Sequence record: NC_070999.1 | DNA length: 64,000 bases | Direction: 5' to 3' (one strand) | Shown here: in pieces, positions 10,831 through 20,256 of the stretch | Position numbering within the stretch: the first letter of the stretch is position 1 | How the letters are laid out: each line of letters opens with the position of its first letter | The notes under the pieces: model-generated | The model's database searches: none | What the model was told of the DNA's origin: nothing | Seen by the model: the letters and a program-made list of their open reading frames with translations, nothing else | Position numbers and translations under genes: made by a program

Positions 10831-10850
10831 GGGAGATAATATTATCTCCC
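10831..10850. repeat. perfect 20-bp palindrome GGGAGATAATATTATCTCCC
   Basis: Read directly; intergenic. Confidence 0.8.
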
Positions 10851-10897
10851 ATAATCTAAATCCCAAACAGTTGGGTAATCAAAAAGAGGAATAAATA

Positions 10898-11779
10898 ATG
10901 TCCTATAGTAAAACTTCCGTCGACTTTGTAGTAAATGGTAAACGATATATTTTTGGTACCGTAACCCAAGTTCAAAAAACAGAAGAAGAAACAGGAAGCG
11001 TTAAGTTCCAACCAAAATTAAACTTGGTATGGAATCGGTCCACATACGCAAGCATGTTCGAACCATTAAGGTTATCTGTTCCTCTAACACCCGAACTTAT
11101 CAATTCAATCAAAGATGTGATCTCAAATCCCGATCCAAGAGCCAAAGTAACAATCGGTAAAACGCTTTCTGTTTACAAAAATAAATCACTTTATTTGAAC
11201 TCTGCTAATACAGTTGTTAAACTGTATTCTAGCGAAGAAGTTTTAGAGGGGTTGAAACTTTGCGAAATCCTAGAATCTATATTGAAATGGATGGATGACA
11301 TTAGTTATACTGTAGGCGATACCTATCAGGAAACTATTGAACACCTGAATTATAATGAAGATCTAGTTTTGTTAAAAACTGCACACCCATTTAACTTGTC
11401 ATTTATAACACGTGAGTACTTCACCCCACTTGACGAGAAATCAGGAGAACGTGTTATATTAATTTCTGGAAAGCAGAAATTTACCTTTCACCGCATTCCT
11501 GAACCAGTTGAAGAGGCTAAAAAGAAACTAAACGCAAGATTTGAACAGTTTCTAGAAACTTTTAAAGATATCAAAAACAAATTAGATACTAATGATATCT
11601 GCTACTTGCAAAACACAGTCCCGGTAAGATTCGTTTCTTGGGAAAACTGGCAGGATCGTTTCGGTAATAATGTCCAAACATTGTCGTTGTTAGATCAAGT
11701 TACAATGCAATACTTGACAATTCCGGTCGATCTTGATATAATGAATAAAATTATTGATAAACTGGAATCTGTAAAATAA
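10898..11779 (+). CDS. hypothetical protein
   Basis: 293-aa ORF with GAGGA SD, followed by a terminator. Confidence 0.75.
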   Translation: MSYSKTSVDFVVNGKRYIFGTVTQVQKTEEETGSVKFQPKLNLVWNRSTYASMFEPLRLSVPLTPELINSIKDVISNPDPRAKVTIGKTLSVYKNKSLYLNSANTVVKLYSSEEVLEGLKLCEILESILKWMDDISYTVGDTYQETIEHLNYNEDLVLLKTAHPFNLSFITREYFTPLDEKSGERVILISGKQKFTFHRIPEPVEEAKKKLNARFEQFLETFKDIKNKLDTNDICYLQNTVPVRFVSWENWQDRFGNNVQTLSLLDQVTMQYLTIPVDLDIMNKIIDKLESVK

Positions 11780-11793
11780 AGTCACAAACTGTT

Positions 11794-11823
11794 AACAGAA
11801 GAGGGGTTACTCCTTCTTCTGTT
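11794..11823 (+). terminator. intrinsic terminator
   Basis: AACAGAAGAGGGG...TCCTTCTTCTGTT hairpin plus T-rich tail. Confidence 0.8.
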
Positions 11824-11835
11824 ATTTTTATAGTT

Positions 11836-11868
11836 CTATAATTTTTCAAACCGATATAATTATGGTGA
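11836..11868 (+). promoter_or_regulatory. putative early (vRNAP) promoter
   Basis: CTATAATTTTTCAAACCGATATAAT..GTG; copy of a motif repeated 10 times upstream of accessory genes. Confidence 0.7.
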
Positions 11869-11933
11869 ACAGCGAATCGCTGGAGAGACGAAAAGTCGTT
11901 CTCTCAATTCTTATTTGTTTAAGGGAGTCTTAG

Positions 11934-12839
11934 GTGAAACGAAGTTATCAAGATTTCTTTCTAGGTCATAGTCCTGATTTAATAGGGCGTTTATATTGTA
12001 ATAAAATGTCTGGTGATAATGAACCACGAATTACAATATTCAAAATGGATAAGTGCTTTACTAACCACTCCATTGAGGTATCTGAAACTCTCTTAAAAGC
12101 TGTTAGAAAGCTTTCTAAGGGAAAGATGGGTGAACGTACTAGTATTCCTGTAAAGTCTCTTACAATCGTTCGTGGAGAGTCTGGGAGAATGTTTATAACT
12201 AGGGGTGAAACAATCTCTATTTGTTTAGTGGATTATGTCTCTGGTGAGCTAGTAGAAGAGAATGAACTTAGGCTAAAAGAAAGTTATGACTTTCTAATTA
12301 AGACATTGAGTTTAATTCTAAAATGGGGTAAAGAGAGTAAACCTGGTAGTAAACCAAAAATTAAATTCCCACTACATCCATCTGCTGATAAAGTAAATAA
12401 CAAAAGTTACTTTATTGATTATCCTAATAGTGAAACTCCTAGTGTATTTAGTTGGTATGAACTTCCTAATGCAGGAGGATTTAATATCAACATAGAAGGT
12501 GGTCAATACACCGGATTTGTAACTAATAAGAATGGAGAAGTACAAGGTCATTTAACTGATTTAATTGAAGGGCTTGAACTAATTCAAAAGAACAGTCAAG
12601 TTTATCAAATGGTTAAATTGAGCAAATCTAATCCTAGTCATTATATAACGTCTTCTCCCGGTGAACATAAAGGTAAAGATGGTAAACGTATTCCAATAGT
12701 AGTAATCAACTTTGATAATACTAAGTCTTTAAACAAAGTGTTATTTGCAGGTTATCCTGAAACACTTAAAGATTTGATTGTTAAGTTAAAAGAAGCTAAT
12801 AAAGGTTTAGCCAAACACTTTAATAAGGAAATAGAATAA
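11934..12839 (+). CDS. hypothetical early protein
   Basis: 301-aa ORF, GTG start with GGGAG SD. Confidence 0.7.
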   Translation: MKRSYQDFFLGHSPDLIGRLYCNKMSGDNEPRITIFKMDKCFTNHSIEVSETLLKAVRKLSKGKMGERTSIPVKSLTIVRGESGRMFITRGETISICLVDYVSGELVEENELRLKESYDFLIKTLSLILKWGKESKPGSKPKIKFPLHPSADKVNNKSYFIDYPNSETPSVFSWYELPNAGGFNINIEGGQYTGFVTNKNGEVQGHLTDLIEGLELIQKNSQVYQMVKLSKSNPSHYITSSPGEHKGKDGKRIPIVVINFDNTKSLNKVLFAGYPETLKDLIVKLKEANKGLAKHFNKEIE

Positions 12840-13555
12840 TGAACACCACAACAACATCAAAGATATTTGAACCGGAAATGATGCTGGAAGCTGTTAAGGA
12901 CGGATCAGTATCTGTACCTGAATTTATTACCGTGAATAACAACGGAAGTTTTACAGTACCTGTTTCAGAAAAGGATCATTTTAAATTAGCATACCTTAAA
13001 TGGTGTCAAATGTTCTATATTCAAACTAGTAAACGCAAGACATATATTGTTCTAGCCGATGAGGCTAAAAAGATTATTCTTGCTTTGTACAGAAATGACA
13101 CAGAACTTTTGGAAAAAGCCGAATCAGTTAAACACGAAAATATGTTCTCTGCGCAAATGGTAGCACAACTCTGTTTTGTTTTGTTGACCATGCGGATTGA
13201 CTTGACTACCGATTTAGTTAAGTTCGGTGACTTCGATCTTATTGGTAGTGGTGATAAAGTTGAATACGTCATTGTGATGAAATTGCGTGGTTGTAACTTT
13301 ATCACCTTTAAGTTTACAGCTGGTTGTATAGATGTTAGTACAGATTCAGTAAGTTCTAAGCAGCCTACTCCACACATGCTACACATGTCTATTATTACCA
13401 TACTTGATATGTGGAAAATGGTTGAAGAAGATTTAACCATTTTATCTATTACTAAGCTGGTAGATGACGATCTAGATCAAGTTGCGCACCAATATTTATT
13501 ACGAGCATTACCTATTAGCGTTAAACGTATTGTAGAGACAGAATTCATCAGTTAA
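12839..13555 (+). CDS. hypothetical early protein
   Basis: 238-aa ORF with TAATG coupling. Confidence 0.72.
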   Translation: MNTTTTSKIFEPEMMLEAVKDGSVSVPEFITVNNNGSFTVPVSEKDHFKLAYLKWCQMFYIQTSKRKTYIVLADEAKKIILALYRNDTELLEKAESVKHENMFSAQMVAQLCFVLLTMRIDLTTDLVKFGDFDLIGSGDKVEYVIVMKLRGCNFITFKFTAGCIDVSTDSVSSKQPTPHMLHMSIITILDMWKMVEEDLTILSITKLVDDDLDQVAHQYLLRALPISVKRIVETEFIS

Positions 13556-13565
13556 AATTGGCAGT

Positions 13566-13600
13566 TCTATAATTTTTCAAACCTATATTACTATAGTGTA
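13566..13600 (+). promoter_or_regulatory. putative early promoter
   Basis: CTATAATTTTTCAAACCTATATTACTATAGTGTA; includes TATATTAC, as in phiKZ early promoters. Confidence 0.75.
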
Positions 13601-13634
13601 TAGATAAGAAAGTTATTTTAATCTAGGAGTTTAT

Positions 13635-14327
13635 ATGAATATAAATAAGGACAATATCAAACCGCCATATGCGTATATCACAAAACCATTGTTGGAAGCT
13701 GTGATTTCAGAACTACCTGTTTTTATTTCGATGGTACCTTCCGGTCGCGAAAGTTTCTTTCAATCAAAGGTCGATCAAAAAGTAATAGTTTCGGTAATGA
13801 AATCTCAACACTATGGAAATAATGTTGAGACTATTACTTTAACATTAACCTCCAATACACCTGTAGGCAATACTTTTATTAGCAACCATGGAGATTTTAA
13901 AGTAATACCTTTGTTACACTCCACATCTGAAATTTCTCTTTCTGATAATTCGGAAAATAAATATAAAGAACTAGTAGAAAGTCTCCTTGTATCTTGGGCT
14001 AGCGGATTCTTAAAACCAGAGATGTTTAAACTCGAGACTTTTAATAAAGACTTTATCAACCCCTTCGATGAAAACTTTCAAATAGGTTTTGAAAAAGCTA
14101 AAAATAATAAAGGTTATACTCTTACGCTGAATCGCGGTGACGAGCTACTCTATCTTTCCGAAACAACCATGACTTACGGGAATGTCGATAGAGTGTTCAA
14201 TAACGATATCACCAACCTTTTATGTACAATGTTTTTGGCAACAGATAAACCTATCGGTCTATACCTACTACCGCAACAAAAGACCCCTGGGATTTTTGAT
14301 AGGCCGGTAGCTGTAATCAACCCTTAA
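13635..14327 (+). CDS. hypothetical early protein
   Basis: 230-aa ORF with AGGAG SD. Confidence 0.72.
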   Translation: MNINKDNIKPPYAYITKPLLEAVISELPVFISMVPSGRESFFQSKVDQKVIVSVMKSQHYGNNVETITLTLTSNTPVGNTFISNHGDFKVIPLLHSTSEISLSDNSENKYKELVESLLVSWASGFLKPEMFKLETFNKDFINPFDENFQIGFEKAKNNKGYTLTLNRGDELLYLSETTMTYGNVDRVFNNDITNLLCTMFLATDKPIGLYLLPQQKTPGIFDRPVAVINP

Positions 14328-14373
14328 TTTTAACTGTAATTAAACTTAATAAACAATAAAGGAAATCAAAACA

Positions 14374-14808
14374 ATGTCTAAAGCAAACGCATTCGCTAAA
14401 TCCATGGATTCTTCTATCGCTGAACTGGTTAAGAATGCAACCATTCACAAAGACACTCATCACGTAGCTTTTGCTACACCTACTCTTCCTAAAGGTATCA
14501 CTGCTGAATCGTTGACTCTGCATAACGATTTCGTTAATCAGGTATCTGTAGCAGCTGAAGCAGCTCTGAGCGAAATTGCTATTGCTCAGTATCCTGATAC
14601 CAAGGTCACTGATTGGGATGCTGAACTGAGTCTGATTCCTGGAATCGACATCACCGCAACTGCAATGTTGAAAACTACAGTTGGTGAAGAGACCATGTAC
14701 GGTGTTACTGATCTGTGTGTGGATCACATGTTCAATGAAGAACTTTCTACCTGGTATGACGAGTTCCAAGGTGTCAACCAGGAACGTGTTAAGAAACTGT
14801 TTGATTAA
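14374..14808 (+). CDS. hypothetical protein, likely highly expressed
   Basis: 144-aa ORF with AAGGA SD; strong optimal-codon bias (GCT, CTG, ACT). Confidence 0.75.
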   Translation: MSKANAFAKSMDSSIAELVKNATIHKDTHHVAFATPTLPKGITAESLTLHNDFVNQVSVAAEAALSEIAIAQYPDTKVTDWDAELSLIPGIDITATAMLKTTVGEETMYGVTDLCVDHMFNEELSTWYDEFQGVNQERVKKLFD

Positions 14809-14819
14809 TTGAACGTTAT

Positions 14820-14849
14820 AGTTACTCTCGGCTTAGGTCGAGAGTAACT
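14820..14849 (+). terminator. intrinsic terminator
   Basis: AGTTACTCTCG...CGAGAGTAACT hairpin plus T tract. Confidence 0.8.
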
Positions 14850-14879
14850 TCTTTACCTTACTTTTATTTTAGGATAAGT

Positions 14880-15242
14880 ATGAGACAAGATCCAATTCAG
14901 ATGTTTGCAAATTACAGACACTTGGTTAATAAGCTAGTCTATATCAAATTTAGTAATGACTATATGGCAGCTCGATTGAAAATCCTTAAAGAGCTTCGAA
15001 GGTTTGCATGTGACTTTGAAAAAGGGTCTATTGATATAGATTCCTACAAGGATAGTTTCAAAATAAGAAAAATCTACATTCCAGATACCTATGAAATTTG
15101 TACAGCAGAGTTATGGACAATTGCGATTAATAAAAACTCTGTTAAGGATTTGGTGTTATTTCTTAAATCAGAAGGGCTAAATATAGATGAGTACGAAAGT
15201 CTGTGCCAAAGTAGTAAAGAGAGTTTGGTTGGAGGGGAATGA
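14880..15242 (+). CDS. hypothetical protein
   Basis: 120-aa ORF with AGGA SD. Confidence 0.65.
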   Translation: MRQDPIQMFANYRHLVNKLVYIKFSNDYMAARLKILKELRRFACDFEKGSIDIDSYKDSFKIRKIYIPDTYEICTAELWTIAINKNSVKDLVLFLKSEGLNIDEYESLCQSSKESLVGGE

Positions 15243-15786
15243 TCGTATTAGCGCTGCTGTGTTTCAACATCATCTAACTGAGCAAAGTTGGTTGCGAGTT
15301 AACAAGGATGAAGAATCAGAAGAGTTTGTTAACTTTCACGATAGTACTAAGGTGACTTTCTTCTTTGGTGGTGAACTAATTATAATCCACAGTAATGACT
15401 TTATTCCCGTGATAGATTCTTATGAAGACTTTATTAAGAAACTTAAAGTCATTCAAAACAGCGTAGAAGACGCTATAGAGAGGCTTCAGTCTAAAGACAA
15501 GGAAACGTATTACTTTAACATCAAACGCTTTCTAAACGACTCTGAAGGACCTTCTTCGATATATACTTCCACTATTGCTATTACGTCCTCTACTACACAT
15601 GGGAGAACATTTGAAATTGCATCATGCGACCATAAAAGTAGAATTTACTTAGGTGGTAAAGGTAATTCACTTCGTTTTCTAAATAGGTTTAATAATTTCA
15701 TCATTTTCTGTGTAGGGGAAGTTGAAAAGACTCTCGCTAAACATGGAGATACTTTAAGGGACTACAAAGATAAAATAAGATTTTAA
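15187..15786 (+). CDS. hypothetical protein
   Basis: 199-aa ORF with a 56-nt overlap of the previous gene; start uncertain. Confidence 0.6.
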   Translation: MSTKVCAKVVKRVWLEGNDRISAAVFQHHLTEQSWLRVNKDEESEEFVNFHDSTKVTFFFGGELIIIHSNDFIPVIDSYEDFIKKLKVIQNSVEDAIERLQSKDKETYYFNIKRFLNDSEGPSSIYTSTIAITSSTTHGRTFEIASCDHKSRIYLGGKGNSLRFLNRFNNFIIFCVGEVEKTLAKHGDTLRDYKDKIRF

Positions 15787-15795
15787 GATACAAAC

Positions 15796-15823
15796 TTTTT
15801 CAAACCAATATCATTTTAGTGTA
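15796..15823 (+). promoter_or_regulatory. putative early promoter
   Basis: TTTTTCAAACCAATATCATTTTAGTGTA variant of the motif. Confidence 0.6.
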
Positions 15824-15862
15824 TTGAGTAGGAATTGTTTAACTTCAAAAGGAACATTTGTT

Positions 15863-16387
15863 ATGAAAAAGTATTTTGTTGCTGCTATGATCTCTATGGT
15901 AAGTTTCTTCAGTGTAGCTACCGAGGTTAAAGTAATTGGTTGGAAAGAGAAACAAGACGATAAGCTAGTCACTTATCAAATCAGCAATACCGGTAATAAA
16001 GATGGCGTTCTCACTATCGGTTGTGAAAAGAAAGGCGAACCCTTTACAGTTAAATATGCAATTAACGGTAAAGAAGTGGAAATGTTTATTATCGAGACTC
16101 TGAGTACTCGTGGTAAAGATACCTTTCCGTATGTCAGCATTTATGGTCTGAATTCCATGACTTCTGATATGGTACTGGGGCAAATCGAGAACACCGATCA
16201 AGGTTTTGTAATCAGTCGTTTTGAAAATGGTGATCGTGCTCGTTATCGTGAGTCACGGGAAACTGGTGACAAAAGCATGACACCTATTCCTGTCGGTAAC
16301 GAACTGTTTACTGGTTATGAATTCGTTGGTGAATATGTAGCTGATTTGAAACAGGTATGTGGTAAAACTGAAGATCGTAAATTTTAA
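15863..16387 (+). CDS. exported/periplasmic hypothetical protein with Sec-type signal peptide
   Basis: Likely start ATG 15863 (AAGGA SD); MKKYFVAAMISMVSFFSVA is signal-peptide-like. Confidence 0.72.
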   Translation: MKKYFVAAMISMVSFFSVATEVKVIGWKEKQDDKLVTYQISNTGNKDGVLTIGCEKKGEPFTVKYAINGKEVEMFIIETLSTRGKDTFPYVSIYGLNSMTSDMVLGQIENTDQGFVISRFENGDRARYRESRETGDKSMTPIPVGNELFTGYEFVGEYVADLKQVCGKTEDRKF

Positions 16388-16397
16388 GATCCAGGAT

Positions 16398-16424
16398 ATT
16401 TCAGTTCTATATTACCTGACTGTA
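16398..16424 (+). promoter_or_regulatory. putative early promoter
   Basis: ATTTCAGTTCTATATTACCTGACTGTA, containing TATATTAC. Confidence 0.6.
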
Positions 16425-16450
16425 TTAACCTTGCGGTAGTTTGTACCAAG

Positions 16451-16479
16451 CTCCTATTCTCCTTGTAGGAGAATAGGAG
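16451..16479 (+). terminator. hairpin (terminator or 5' stabiliser)
   Basis: CTCCTATTCTCCT-TGT-AGGAGAATAGGAG; 13-bp arms. Confidence 0.65.
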
Positions 16480-16511
16480 TAAACACTTTCATGTGATAAA
16501 AGGAAATTATT

Positions 16512-17144
16512 ATGAAAATTCAATCTATGTTGCTAGCTCTGTTTATGGCTGTAGTTGGTTCTGATGTAGTGGCGATGTCAGCCGATCCCGAACCGATTAA
16601 CTACAACATCCGTGCCGCTGAAGCGGTAATCACCAACACCTATGTGAACAATCAGGGTAATCCGGTTTTGAGTATTGAGCTGAAGAAAGGTATTCAATCT
16701 CAAACTGTTTATTTTGTTTGTGCTAAAGGTAACAGTGATTACTCGGTGTTCTATGATTTTACTGATATCAATAACCAGGCAACTGATTACTCAACTGGTT
16801 TTGCTATTCAGTACTATCCTAAAGGGCATGGTAACAAGGCTCGACTGGTTTATGACGATTGGGATAACAACCTGATCCTGTCCGATCGTCGTAATGCTAC
16901 TTTCACTCAAGCTATGGAACGTGCTGGTAAACTTAAGGGCGGTACTATCGTATTCGCCTTTTACTCTACTGACAACTATGAGCAAGGTACGCCGACCGCC
17001 TACTCCTGGTCCATGCCAGTTGAAGACTTTGTTAAGAATGTAAACGGAGTTGTAAAGGGTGAAGAGTTTGATGGCGCTTGTGATCACGCTCTGGTTAAAG
17101 GTTACTTACCTAAAGTTCAGTACCAAATGCCGCGTATGCGTTAA
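16512..17144 (+). CDS. exported/periplasmic hypothetical protein with signal peptide
   Basis: MKIQSMLLALFMAVVGSDVVA leader; AAGGA SD. Confidence 0.75.
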   Translation: MKIQSMLLALFMAVVGSDVVAMSADPEPINYNIRAAEAVITNTYVNNQGNPVLSIELKKGIQSQTVYFVCAKGNSDYSVFYDFTDINNQATDYSTGFAIQYYPKGHGNKARLVYDDWDNNLILSDRRNATFTQAMERAGKLKGGTIVFAFYSTDNYEQGTPTAYSWSMPVEDFVKNVNGVVKGEEFDGACDHALVKGYLPKVQYQMPRMR

Positions 17145-17156
17145 TATTATAACTAG

Positions 17157-17184
17157 AGGTAACCTAGAACGTTCTAGGTTACCT
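17157..17184. repeat. perfect 28-bp palindrome AGGTAACCTAGAAC-GTTCTAGGTTACCT (probable terminator)
   Basis: Read directly. Confidence 0.8.
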
Positions 17185-17231
17185 TGTTCAACTTTCATTA
17201 CTTTTAAGTCTAGATAAAAGGAATATAGAAA

Positions 17232-17930
17232 ATGACCAATAATAAATATTTACAAACAACTGGCGCTTTTTTTGGTATTTTATTTTTATTTGCTTTTATT
17301 TACATTTTCGAAGTTCTCGCAGCTAAAGATGAAGTCAAGCCCATTGGTATTACTCAAGCTCAAATGGAAAAGTTGAGTAGTCGTTTTGAAGGTGATCTGG
17401 GTGAACCAGTTACTGTCATCCCTAAAGGTAAACTGGGTGTAGAATATGGTCGTATTCTTCCTAACATCACAGCTATTCGTTTCTATGATCGTGAAACTGA
17501 TGACAGTATACATCATCCGATTACTTTGATGTGTAATGCAAGGACTCAGACACTATTGGTTAATCACGATTTGGAGTATCGTGATTACGCTGATGAGTAT
17601 TCTGTATCAGAGTTTTCTATTCGTCATTATGCTAAAGGCACTACTACTGTATTTGAAGCCGATGAGAACCGCGTTAAACCTTTCTCTACTAACATTGGTG
17701 ATCGTAATCTTAAGGAAGCCATTGAATATATCATGACTCTTCCTGGTGATGATTTAATCTCCTTGGTAGTAGAAGAACCTGTAGTGGATGATGACTACGC
17801 TACATTTGGTTCCGCCTACTCCCCAATGTACACTGTAGCTGAATTTACCTATTTGGTAAAACTCCTCAATCTTAATGATTGTGTAGATGTGGAGCTGAAA
17901 CAAAAACCTGTATACAATAAACAAGCTTAA
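17232..17930 (+). CDS. membrane-anchored/exported hypothetical protein
   Basis: Hydrophobic N-terminal segment GAFFGILFLFAFIYIFEVLA; AAGGA SD. Confidence 0.72.
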   Translation: MTNNKYLQTTGAFFGILFLFAFIYIFEVLAAKDEVKPIGITQAQMEKLSSRFEGDLGEPVTVIPKGKLGVEYGRILPNITAIRFYDRETDDSIHHPITLMCNARTQTLLVNHDLEYRDYADEYSVSEFSIRHYAKGTTTVFEADENRVKPFSTNIGDRNLKEAIEYIMTLPGDDLISLVVEEPVVDDDYATFGSAYSPMYTVAEFTYLVKLLNLNDCVDVELKQKPVYNKQA

Positions 17931-17936
17931 TTCAAA

Positions 17937-17962
17937 AGAGTAGGAGCATTTGCTCCTACTCT
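17937..17962 (+). terminator. intrinsic terminator
   Basis: AGAGTAGGAGC-ATTT-GCTCCTACTCT plus T-rich tail. Confidence 0.8.
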
Positions 17963-17989
17963 ACTTTTATAAATTATTTTATTTATTTC

Positions 17990-18022
17990 CATAATTTTTC
18001 AAGTAGATATTATTAAGTTGTA
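17990..18022 (+). promoter_or_regulatory. putative early promoter
   Basis: CATAATTTTTCAAGTAGATATTATTAAGTTGTA. Confidence 0.7.
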
Positions 18023-18055
18023 ACCTAACCTATTATTTATTAAAGGAGTATAGAA

Positions 18056-18781
18056 ATGAACCACGAAATTAGTTTGCTTGAAAAAGTTAATGATTACTAT
18101 CTTAAGTTTAAGTTCTTGTTTCGCAACATCCCTATTAATCAAGACCTGTTGAAATTCTGTGTTGAGAGTATTTCACGCAACGATAAAGCTCATAATCTTG
18201 AGCATGTGTTTGCTGTATGTAAACTTGCAGTAGATATTTGTGAACAAGAGAAGATGAGCGGTCGTGAAAAGGAACTAGTGATCTTAGGAGCGCTGTTTCA
18301 CGATTTGGGTTGTTGTTATGAACGCTCTCAACATCACGTTATTGGGTACGGGCTAACCTACGAGTATCTGAATCGGTTCTGTGCTTTCGATTATACTTCT
18401 GAGGAAGTAATGATTGTGGCTAACGCGGTTTTAGAACATCGTAGTTCCAATAAGAACAAGCCGACTAACAAAGTTAGCGAAATAGTCAGCATTGCCGATT
18501 CTGGTCGTCCAAAGATCAAGTTATACATTCAAAGATGTATTCAATTCCGTGAACATCGCGGAGACCTTGATCGACTATCAACACTGGAGTTTTTCGAAGA
18601 AGTAAAGGGACACTTAGTAGAAAAGTTCGGTCCTGATGGTTACCACTGGAAAAGCTACCCTGACTTGGGCTTAACCTATTTTGACAAAGAGTGGAAAGAA
18701 TTCAGTAGTTATCTCTGTAAGGAAAGAGAAGCTGAATTTGACTTGCTTGTAAAAGAGGTCTTCGATTCACTCCGGGAGTAA
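18056..18781 (+). CDS. HD-domain metal-dependent phosphohydrolase
   Basis: AHNLEHV...GALFHDLG...HH...EH...ADS pattern of the HD superfamily. Confidence 0.85.
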   Translation: MNHEISLLEKVNDYYLKFKFLFRNIPINQDLLKFCVESISRNDKAHNLEHVFAVCKLAVDICEQEKMSGREKELVILGALFHDLGCCYERSQHHVIGYGLTYEYLNRFCAFDYTSEEVMIVANAVLEHRSSNKNKPTNKVSEIVSIADSGRPKIKLYIQRCIQFREHRGDLDRLSTLEFFEEVKGHLVEKFGPDGYHWKSYPDLGLTYFDKEWKEFSSYLCKEREAEFDLLVKEVFDSLRE

Positions 18782-18786
18782 TTGTC

Positions 18787-19251
18787 ATGTGGTACTCACT
18801 CGGCATGATAGCAGTCAGTATTGTGATAACTATCTTCACCTCATTAATAGTCAGTTACTGGGCATGGAGATATATAGCGAATCAAGAGTTCTCTGAAAAG
18901 AGAGCCTTCTCTTGGCATAGTTTCTTTAAGAACAATATCTACGCCTGTGTAGGAGAAAACAAAGGTGAGGAGTGGTCTTTAGAAATTCGTTACAACATGG
19001 ACATCAGAAGGATTAAGAACTTACATGTACTTAGACATAGTTATTCGTTGTGCATTCCATTTAACACCACAATAGCTGAGTTTAAAGAGTATGCAAGTTC
19101 ATTAAATCCTAAAGATAATCCATTACACAAGCTGATTAGAGCTGTCGCTAATGAGGAGGAGTTATCCTCTTTAGAACTCAATGAGAAGGAACTAGTCGCT
19201 TTTAATGAGTTCAAAAATAACATTATCAATCTGGTATTAGTTAAAGATTGA
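18787..19251 (+). CDS. hypothetical protein with N-terminal transmembrane helix
   Basis: LGMIAVSIVITIFTSLIVSYWAW hydrophobic segment. Confidence 0.68.
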   Translation: MWYSLGMIAVSIVITIFTSLIVSYWAWRYIANQEFSEKRAFSWHSFFKNNIYACVGENKGEEWSLEIRYNMDIRRIKNLHVLRHSYSLCIPFNTTIAEFKEYASSLNPKDNPLHKLIRAVANEEELSSLELNEKELVAFNEFKNNIINLVLVKD

Positions 19252-19287
19252 CGTGTAGTGTTGCTTTCATGACAGAACAACATAATA

Positions 19288-19319
19288 AACCTCTGGAACC
19301 CAATTGGGTTCCAGAGGTT
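19288..19319. terminator. bidirectional terminator, perfect 32-bp palindrome
   Basis: AACCTCTGGAACCCAA-TTGGGTTCCAGAGGTT between convergent genes. Confidence 0.85.
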
Positions 19320-19343
19320 ATGTTTCTTATGTTTTATTTTCTA

Positions 19344-20246
19344 TCAGGGAAGATAATTCGGTTTAGTTACGCTTTTCTTATCTTCGGCCATCATCTCGGT
19401 AATGCCACCGTCACGCAGTGCTTGCAGTGTAGCAGTAGGTTGTTTGAAGCCAGCAGGCGCAGCACGACCACTTGGGTTGTACATCGGCATACGCTTCATC
19501 ACACTACGAGCAATCTCTTTAGCAGCATAGGTGTCAAACTCGATCAGACCAGTGAACTCAGTATTGATTTCACGGACTTTACCTGATGGAGAATCTACAT
19601 CATAACTGAATTCATACTGAGCACCTTCCTTAGGCATTTGCGCAAGGACGATCGCAGCATGACGGACATCTTGCCAGTTACGAGTAGGTTCGAAGTAAAC
19701 AGAACTTGCAGAGATCTCATCAAGCAGAAGTTCGCCACCGTAGTTCAGAGTGATGATCTTCGGATGATGGATAACTGGGTCATTCAGCAGATAACTGATC
19801 CAAGCATCAAACAGTTTGGAGAACGGTTCACCTTCTGGATCAAGTGCGTTATGACTGATGGTACCGAATTGACGGCTAGAACCAACTGGGAAGGAAAGTG
19901 TAGCACCACCAGCCCAAGTGATATCATGATAGTCAACAGAAGTACGAACAGTTAAACCTGACCAGTTACGGCTTCGAGTTTCCATGTAAGCGCGCAGCAA
20001 ACCATGGAGTTCTTTACCACCGGGCATTGCGGAGAATGCAGATGGAGTAGAGAGCATCACACAGTAAGGGCGTTGCGATACATAAGGTTGTTCCTGGACA
20101 TAACGGAAGTTGTTCGGAGCAAATCCGTACTGACCGCCGTTAGCTGCATTGATTACCGGAGTATTGCCGATATCAAACGCCCGCTGAAAGTCGCTGTTAC
20201 CAGGAAGTAACATCTTATTATCACGATGTGGGGTATTTGAAGACAT
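19344..20246 (-). CDS. tail tube protein (phiKZ gp30-like)
   Basis: 300 aa, directly downstream of the sheath; strong codon bias; conserved phiKZ-like synteny. Confidence 0.8.
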   Translation of the reverse strand: MSSNTPHRDNKMLLPGNSDFQRAFDIGNTPVINAANGGQYGFAPNNFRYVQEQPYVSQRPYCVMLSTPSAFSAMPGGKELHGLLRAYMETRSRNWSGLTVRTSVDYHDITWAGGATLSFPVGSSRQFGTISHNALDPEGEPFSKLFDAWISYLLNDPVIHHPKIITLNYGGELLLDEISASSVYFEPTRNWQDVRHAAIVLAQMPKEGAQYEFSYDVDSPSGKVREINTEFTGLIEFDTYAAKEIARSVMKRMPMYNPSGRAAPAGFKQPTATLQALRDGGITEMMAEDKKSVTKPNYLP

Positions 20247-20256
20247 CGTTTATTCC

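Noticed and set aside
19248-20210. Plus-strand ORFs 19248-19586, 19638-19955 and 20004-20210
   Set aside because: Antisense to the tail tube gene or crossing its terminator; no coding signal.
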